Part shown: positions 59,801 through 64,000 of the stretch, piece after piece
How the letters are laid out: every line of letters starts with the position of its first letter
How positions within the stretch are numbered: the first letter of the stretch is position 1
Assembly: GCA_964291295.2 (NCBI GenBank)
Contig: OZ219754.1
Location: 2,720,001 to 2,784,000, forward strand
DNA: 64,000 bases
DNA from: an uncultured Candidatus Binatia bacterium
GTDB taxonomy: Bacteria; Desulfobacterota; Binatia; UBA9968; JAJDTQ01
Reading direction: 5' to 3'
Notes under the pieces: generated by a model
Databases searched by the model: none
What the model saw: only the letters and a program-made list of their open reading frames with translations
Told to the model about the DNA's origin: nothing
Position numbers and translations under genes: made by a program

Positions 59801-60223
59801 ATGCTGGCCGCACATGAACACGACCGTGATGAATGGGGCGTGAGCGCACGGGTCCGCCTCGACCCCCGGGGCGACGGACGGGGAACCTTCCTGACCTTCG
59901 ATCCCGCACACGGCCGGACGGCAAGCCGTCTGGGGCAACGGTTCGATTACCGCATGACCCCGGAACCGGACGGCGCGGCAGAGGACGGAGAAAGCCGACT
60001 GGAGGCCGAGGTCGGCCATGGCTTCGGCATCGCCGGCCCAAGGCCGCTGGCGGTGCTCACACCGTATGCCGGGCTCCGCCTGGCGGAGTCGGGCCGGCGG
60101 ACCCTGCGGCTTGGCACACGCTATCGCCTGGGCGACAAACTCGCTTTCGGGGTCGAGGGCACGCACCGGCCAGGCACGGCTGGCGAGGATAACCTCATGC
60201 TGCGCGGCACGCTGCGCTGGTGA
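56849..60223 (+). CDS. Autotransporter adhesin with two Calx-beta-like repeats, an FN3 domain and C-terminal beta-barrel
   Basis: SVAEGDEGET..FT.TLSG repeats ending GTI.NDD, FN3 (GQVTLMW..GLTNNTVYRFQVRAVN), terminal LRW; start may be 56885. Confidence 0.88.
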   Translation: MMPPRCRRGTVLMDVLHRAGRCLNRMLLAFFLVPATPATDPATAQEALTISVTDTSVAEGDEGETNMAFTVTLSGTPSHRVRVQVTALLGVGGKRPRGAGTAQAVRGPGRDFIPFQEDVFFEKGASGAKLTRTVNVRVLGDLRVEPDETVILRVNNLRTEDARVALAGGGTRIDATGTITNDDQMDTATSPPARPADFRATAGNGQVTLMWTDPGGGTITGYEWRQREGANDWIDWTDIPGSGAATTSYIVKGLTNNTVYRFQVRAVNSIGTGAASDERSATPAPGTLVLSVEDASVAEGDEGETDMVFTLTLSGTPHHDVIVRVATAVEADNTATATRATPDEEVAVRDFVLLRKAPVFEANATGAALVKTVVVKVLGDRTVEPDETFILRVSLLRTEDNRVALAGGGTQIDAIGTILNDDQPDNGGGGTDTTGTPGVTVTPTALRVEEGGSASYTVVLDTPPSGDVTVRVGGASSAVSLAGAPLTFTTGTWDTPQRVTVTGVRDEDTAGATATLTHSASGGGYGAVDIASVTVAVIDATPTLQLRIDPDAVFEGTAISLAVTSDRALAGTLPVSLTLSDRGSSGFTADDIPGSLGPRVFDADFGTGTTGTVTIPTRADGIAEGTETYRVTLNDVTGYAVGRDVTAEGTLNEGPSGAAARANQVNAAVLPQVTGAMLSQTLKTVTDRIQAAAGDIVCSVRFGTVPAPRAGRRRDDPRYVKQPGPRLRQLLDGAAFTLAPGTAAGCEEEGLSTGVVWGRGAWLSLSGSEPNIAWDGRLWSAHLGADMRLRPDLLAGAAVSHAKGEIDAESAGGGHRTKSTHKTTLTSVHPYLAWLMADGSNLWVSVGHGWGEVRLAGENAPARTADLTRWSAAAGGRDVLAEDPDLIPGGVTRLAVKGEGSVAWLDTDAGDGLTALAVNMSWLRLALQGSYEYATGDEATLTPALEAGVRHDGGDVGQGVGVEVGAGVTWRQPAAGLTVALRTRMLAAHEHDRDEWGVSARVRLDPRGDGRGTFLTFDPAHGRTASRLGQRFDYRMTPEPDGAAEDGESRLEAEVGHGFGIAGPRPLAVLTPYAGLRLAESGRRTLRLGTRYRLGDKLAFGVEGTHRPGTAGEDNLMLRGTLRW

Positions 60224-60458
60224 GGGCGGCCGCACCGCCTTTCACCCCAGCGTGTCGTTCTCCCACCGGCTCGGAACGGTTTCACGAAGCGCGCGGGTGC
60301 GCGGCGATGCGCGCCGAAGCCGGCCATGGCGGGTGAATGAACAGCCGGTAAACCCGATCACGTACGGCGGCCCGCGGGCGCGGTCCTCGCTGCGTGCCGG
60401 CGGCGCGCCTTTGTCGTCTGCCATCGGCAGCGCGCCCGAGGAAGCCGCAGTGCGCCGA

Positions 60459-60860
60459 GACGTCACCCGGGACATCGAACGCCGTATGGACAGCTACCCC
60501 TTGGCCGCCTTGCAGGAGCTCGCACGGAATGCGATCATTCATCGTGATTACGAAACGACCAACACTCCCGTCCGCGTCACCTGGTTCGATGACAGGATCG
60601 AGATCCAGAGTCCCGGCGGTCCCTTCGGGTCGGTCACGACGGCGAACTTCGCCCGCCCGGGGGTGACCGACTACCGCAATCCCAATCTGGCCGAGGCCAT
60701 GCGGGTGCTGGGGTATGTGCAGCGGTTCGGCGTCGGAATACCCACCGCGCAACGCCTGTTGCGCGAGGCCGGACATCCGGTGCTCGAATTCTCGGTGGAG
60801 CCGACGCACCTGCTCGCCACGGTACGGGCTATTCCCGAAGCTGCGGAGGCCATGCCATGA
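60459..60860 (+). pseudogene. C-terminal fragment of an AlbA/RecG-C (HATPase_c_4) ATP-binding protein
   Basis: YPLAALQEL.RNAIIHRDY, FDDRIEIQSPGG, YRNPNLAEAM..LGYVQRFGVG; N-terminal part absent. Confidence 0.75.
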
Positions 60861-61855
60861 CCGCGCCCGTCTTGACCTTCTTCAACAACAAGGGGGGCGT
60901 CGGCAAGACCTCTCTGGTCTACCACCTCGCCTGGATGCTGTCGGAGACCGGCGAGCGTGTGCTGGCCTGCGATCTCGATCCGCAAGCCAACCTCACGGCG
61001 ACCTTCCTCAGCGAACGCGACCTTGAGTCGCTGTGGGAGGACGGCGCGACGGGCCGCACCATCCATCAGTGCATCCAGCCGTTGACGAAGGTCGGGGATT
61101 TGCAGGAACCGCGGGTTCACCGGGTCTCCGAAACGCTCGGACTCATTCCCGGCGACCTGGCGCTCTCCAGTTTCGAGGACAGCCTTTCAAGCGAATGGCC
61201 CAAAACCCTGGGCGAGTCCGATCTATATCGTCCGTTCCGTATCGTCACCGCCTTCTGGCAGATCATGCAGAGCGGCGCTGCGGCCGTCGACGCGACCATC
61301 GTACTCGTGGATGTCGGTCCCAATCTGGGCGCCCTGAACCGCTCGGCACTGATCGCCACCGATCATGTCATCGCGCCGCTGGGGGCCGATCTGTTCTCCC
61401 TCCGGGGCCTCAGGAATCTCGGTCCGACCCTGACGAGGTGGAGGAGCGAATGGTCGAAGCGCCGGGACAATTGGGACCCGCCCGACTTTCCTCTGCCCCG
61501 GGGCGGCATGAAGACGATGGGATACATCGTCCAGCAGCATGGCGTGCGGCTGGGCCGGCCGGTGCGGGCCTATGACAAGTGGGTCAACCGCATGCCCGAG
61601 GCCTACCGCCGGCACCTGTTGCATTGCCACACCGGGCCTTTTCCCGACAAGCCGGACAACGACGAGAACTGTCTTGCCACCGTTCGGCACTATCGGAGCC
61701 TGGTTCCCATGGCGCAGGAGGCCCGAAAGCCCGTTTTTCACCTTGTCCCCGCCGACGGCGCCCTCGGAAGCCATGCGGCGGCCGTTCTCGACGCCTATCG
61801 CGATTTCAAGACGCTGGCGGATCTGATTCGGAAAAAAATCGGACTTTCGGCATGA
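60857..61855 (+). CDS. ParA/Soj family (AAA_31) ATPase
   Basis: FFNNKGGVGKT, DLDPQANLT, VDVGPNLGALNRSAL. Confidence 0.92.
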   Translation: MTAPVLTFFNNKGGVGKTSLVYHLAWMLSETGERVLACDLDPQANLTATFLSERDLESLWEDGATGRTIHQCIQPLTKVGDLQEPRVHRVSETLGLIPGDLALSSFEDSLSSEWPKTLGESDLYRPFRIVTAFWQIMQSGAAAVDATIVLVDVGPNLGALNRSALIATDHVIAPLGADLFSLRGLRNLGPTLTRWRSEWSKRRDNWDPPDFPLPRGGMKTMGYIVQQHGVRLGRPVRAYDKWVNRMPEAYRRHLLHCHTGPFPDKPDNDENCLATVRHYRSLVPMAQEARKPVFHLVPADGALGSHAAAVLDAYRDFKTLADLIRKKIGLSA

Positions 61856-61900
61856 GCCACCGCAGGAAGCTCATCAAGACCGCCCCGCCGCTGGAAGCAC
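61852..61900 (+). pseudogene. N-terminal stub of a DUF1156 adenine-methylase-like gene
   Basis: MSHRRKLIKTAPPLEA resembles the DUF1156 start KKLIEVALPLEA; ATGA overlap with parA. Confidence 0.5.
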
Positions 61901-62170
61901 AGCCTCTTGTCCAGGGTACACGGCGTCTTGCCCGGGGCAAAGCGAGTCCAAAAGCGAGAAGCGATTCCAACGCACAGCGAGTCCGAAGCGGGGGTGTCGG
62001 GGGTCATCGGGAGAGGAGCGCGACGCTGCGAACCGGCGCATGGCGCCCGCCATGCGCCCCGGAGCGCCATCAGCCGTTTCGGGAAGATGGCCGCTCCCAT
62101 GGTGGCGCTGGTGGATGCCGCCGTCCTCGCCTGCCTGGAGGAGTTGCTCAGAAAGGGGTGACCGGCGAGT

Positions 62171-63022
62171 TCAGGGGTAGTAGATGTCGTGTCCGGGGAC
62201 GTAGCTCCGCTGGGTCTGGTTCGCATTCCGGTTCACCATGGTACGGCCCAGCATCGGATGGTACAGGCTCCGCACCTCGTGCTCGAGTTCGAAGACCTTC
62301 TCGCCGCTGGAGGGTTCCACGATGTCCCTGAAACGGTACTGGTGGGTGTTGCTCTCCTCCACGATCAGACCCCGGCGCAGCAGGAACCGGTGGGCGCGGG
62401 AGAAGTTGGCGATGTAGATGGCGATGTGATGGCCGTCGTATCGGGGGATCCGCGCGCCGGTCTCGGTGAAGACCAAGTGCTGGTTGCGGCCCACGTGGAC
62501 CGTTGCACGGCCGTCCCTGAAGGAGGCCGGCGCCTGCAGAACGGAACGGTAGAACCTGCCGATGGCCCGGGCGCTGCCGGTGGGGGTCAGGAACTCCACG
62601 TAGGGCATGCCGATGGTCATGTCGCCGAACTCCGGGCCGGCCGCGTGACAACGGAACCGGTTGCCCCAGGGCCCGGTGACCGCCACGTGGTCGCGCGCGT
62701 CGCGCCATCCGAAACGGGTTCCCTCCAGTTCCGGCGCCACCGCGGCCAGCCGCCGTTTCAGGGCTTCCAGGTCGGGAAGGACCAGGCCGATGTGCCCGGG
62801 GATCTTCTGGACCCCGCGGGTAGGCAGGTGGAACTGCTGCCCGCCGGCGTTGATCCACATGTTGTTGAGGCCCACGTTCATGTAGGGATCCCGGGTGAGC
62901 CCGAGCCCCAGGACGTAGAAGGCCACGGCCTTGGCCTGATCCGGGATGGTCACGTTGACATGCTCGAGGGCGACGACGTTGCCGAGATCTTCCGCCTTGC
63001 GATCGTAACCGTTGGTCGTCAT
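62171..63022 (-). CDS. VOC/glyoxalase-like conserved protein
   Basis: LEHVNV, FY..GLGL.RDP, QQFHLP, GPWGN, GHHIAIY, LEHEVRS. Confidence 0.8.
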   Translation of the reverse strand: MTTNGYDRKAEDLGNVVALEHVNVTIPDQAKAVAFYVLGLGLTRDPYMNVGLNNMWINAGGQQFHLPTRGVQKIPGHIGLVLPDLEALKRRLAAVAPELEGTRFGWRDARDHVAVTGPWGNRFRCHAAGPEFGDMTIGMPYVEFLTPTGSARAIGRFYRSVLQAPASFRDGRATVHVGRNQHLVFTETGARIPRYDGHHIAIYIANFSRAHRFLLRRGLIVEESNTHQYRFRDIVEPSSGEKVFELEHEVRSLYHPMLGRTMVNRNANQTQRSYVPGHDIYYP

Positions 63023-63094
63023 CTCTACCTCCCCGTGCGCCCAATAGATCACCTGGGCGGGATATCCGCAATGCCAACCGTGGTGCGCCCGCTC

Positions 63095-64000
63095 CTACAG
63101 GGTCAGGGCAAAGTCTTCGATCAGCGCACCCGGCAGACGCACACTGCCGGTGGAACGGCGGCCGTATGAGTTCGAATCCGACAGCAGATCCACCTCCCGG
63201 GTCAGGGCCGCGAGATTGTCCCCCAGCATCCGGTACAACGTTTCGTCGAAGCGCATGACCCGTACCGGCGCCTGCACCTCGCAGTTCTCCACCCAGAAGG
63301 TGGCGAAGCGGGTCATGCCGGTGATGCGGCAGGCGTCCCGGTCGGAGTAGTTCAGGTACCAGAGGTTGTTGATGAAGATGCCGGTGCCCAGGGCCGCCAG
63401 AACGTCCTGCCGCGGCATCGAGCCCCCGGCCATGGTCAGCGATTCGGGAGACTCGCACCCGGCGGCGCCGTTGGCCGGAACGCCGTATTCCTTGGCGGCC
63501 CGCGCCGAGACCAGAGGTGTGCCCAACCTTCCCCGGTCCATGAGAGTGATGCGGTCGGGCTTGATGAAACCGGCGGCGTCGAAGTTGGCGGCAAGGCCCG
63601 CCCCCGTGTCTTCCACCATGTGCACCGACGAATCCAGCGCGGCGTCGCCGGTGAGCAGGCGGCGCAACGGCGTTCTCCGCGTCCGGTGGGCTGTCAGTCC
63701 GAACCCGCCCCAGCAAAGCAGTCCGACGATCGCCTCCAGGGCCTGCGGGGCCAGATAGACGCGGTAACGGCCCGGCTTCAGGGTGCGCGCGGGCCGGCGC
63801 AACGCCGCCAGGTCCGCCGCCGCCCGCGTGACTTTCCCGTCGAACTCCGCCGGGTCCCACACCAGACCGGCGTAGGCGCACTTCACCGCCTTGTCGCCGT
63901 CCAGATGGAAGCTCCAGTCAAAGTGGTGGCTGAAGGTGGAGAACCAGTTCCGCTGCCCCAGGGAGTTGGCGAAGCCCCGGTGGATACCGCCGGCCATGTA
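63095..64000 (-). CDS. TldE/PmbA family protein, partial at window edge
   Basis: PGRYRVYLAP, FD..G, LWYLN..DR...RITGMTR, MRFDE. Confidence 0.88.
   Translation of the reverse strand, partial: YMAGGIHRGFANSLGQRNWFSTFSHHFDWSFHLDGDKAVKCAYAGLVWDPAEFDGKVTRAAADLAALRRPARTLKPGRYRVYLAPQALEAIVGLLCWGGFGLTAHRTRRTPLRRLLTGDAALDSSVHMVEDTGAGLAANFDAAGFIKPDRITLMDRGRLGTPLVSARAAKEYGVPANGAAGCESPESLTMAGGSMPRQDVLAALGTGIFINNLWYLNYSDRDACRITGMTRFATFWVENCEVQAPVRVMRFDETLYRMLGDNLAALTREVDLLSDSNSYGRRSTGSVRLPGALIEDFALTL

Noticed and set aside
60857-61855. ParA as the chromosomal partitioning gene or an origin marker
   Set aside because: No parB follows, it is the long FNNKGG-type orphan family, and the window carries dif, not oriC features.

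Overview
High-GC bacterial chromosome segment. Its gene content (many UbiD, amidohydrolase, LLM, TTT and ABC catabolic genes, a TctA-TctB fusion, a Calx-beta/FN3 autotransporter) resembles a Binatota/deltaproteobacterial, possibly host-associated, genome; this assignment is inference. It carries a canonical XerCD dif site at 4212-4239, so it probably spans the replication terminus. The main finding is a type III-like sulfide:quinone oxidoreductase whose second catalytic Cys codon is an in-frame UGA followed by a SECIS-like hairpin. This makes it a predicted selenocysteine SQR (5557-6714), located directly upstream of a persulfide dioxygenase-rhodanese fusion and downstream of an amidohydrolase / heme-oxygenase-like diiron enzyme / cyclase / DHDPS-like cluster. 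Other content: miaB, sppA, gloB, amrB, comF, a pcs-like gene, two tRNA-Arg genes, a nucleoside ABC transporter and two UbiD clusters. There are many signs of decay: a frameshifted decarboxylase-like gene, frameshifted arfB, an internally deleted flavoprotein gene, an autotransporter fragment fused to a DUF4338/ISAs1-like remnant, an eroded ParA/DUF1156 defence locus, and short tandem duplications at gene ends.
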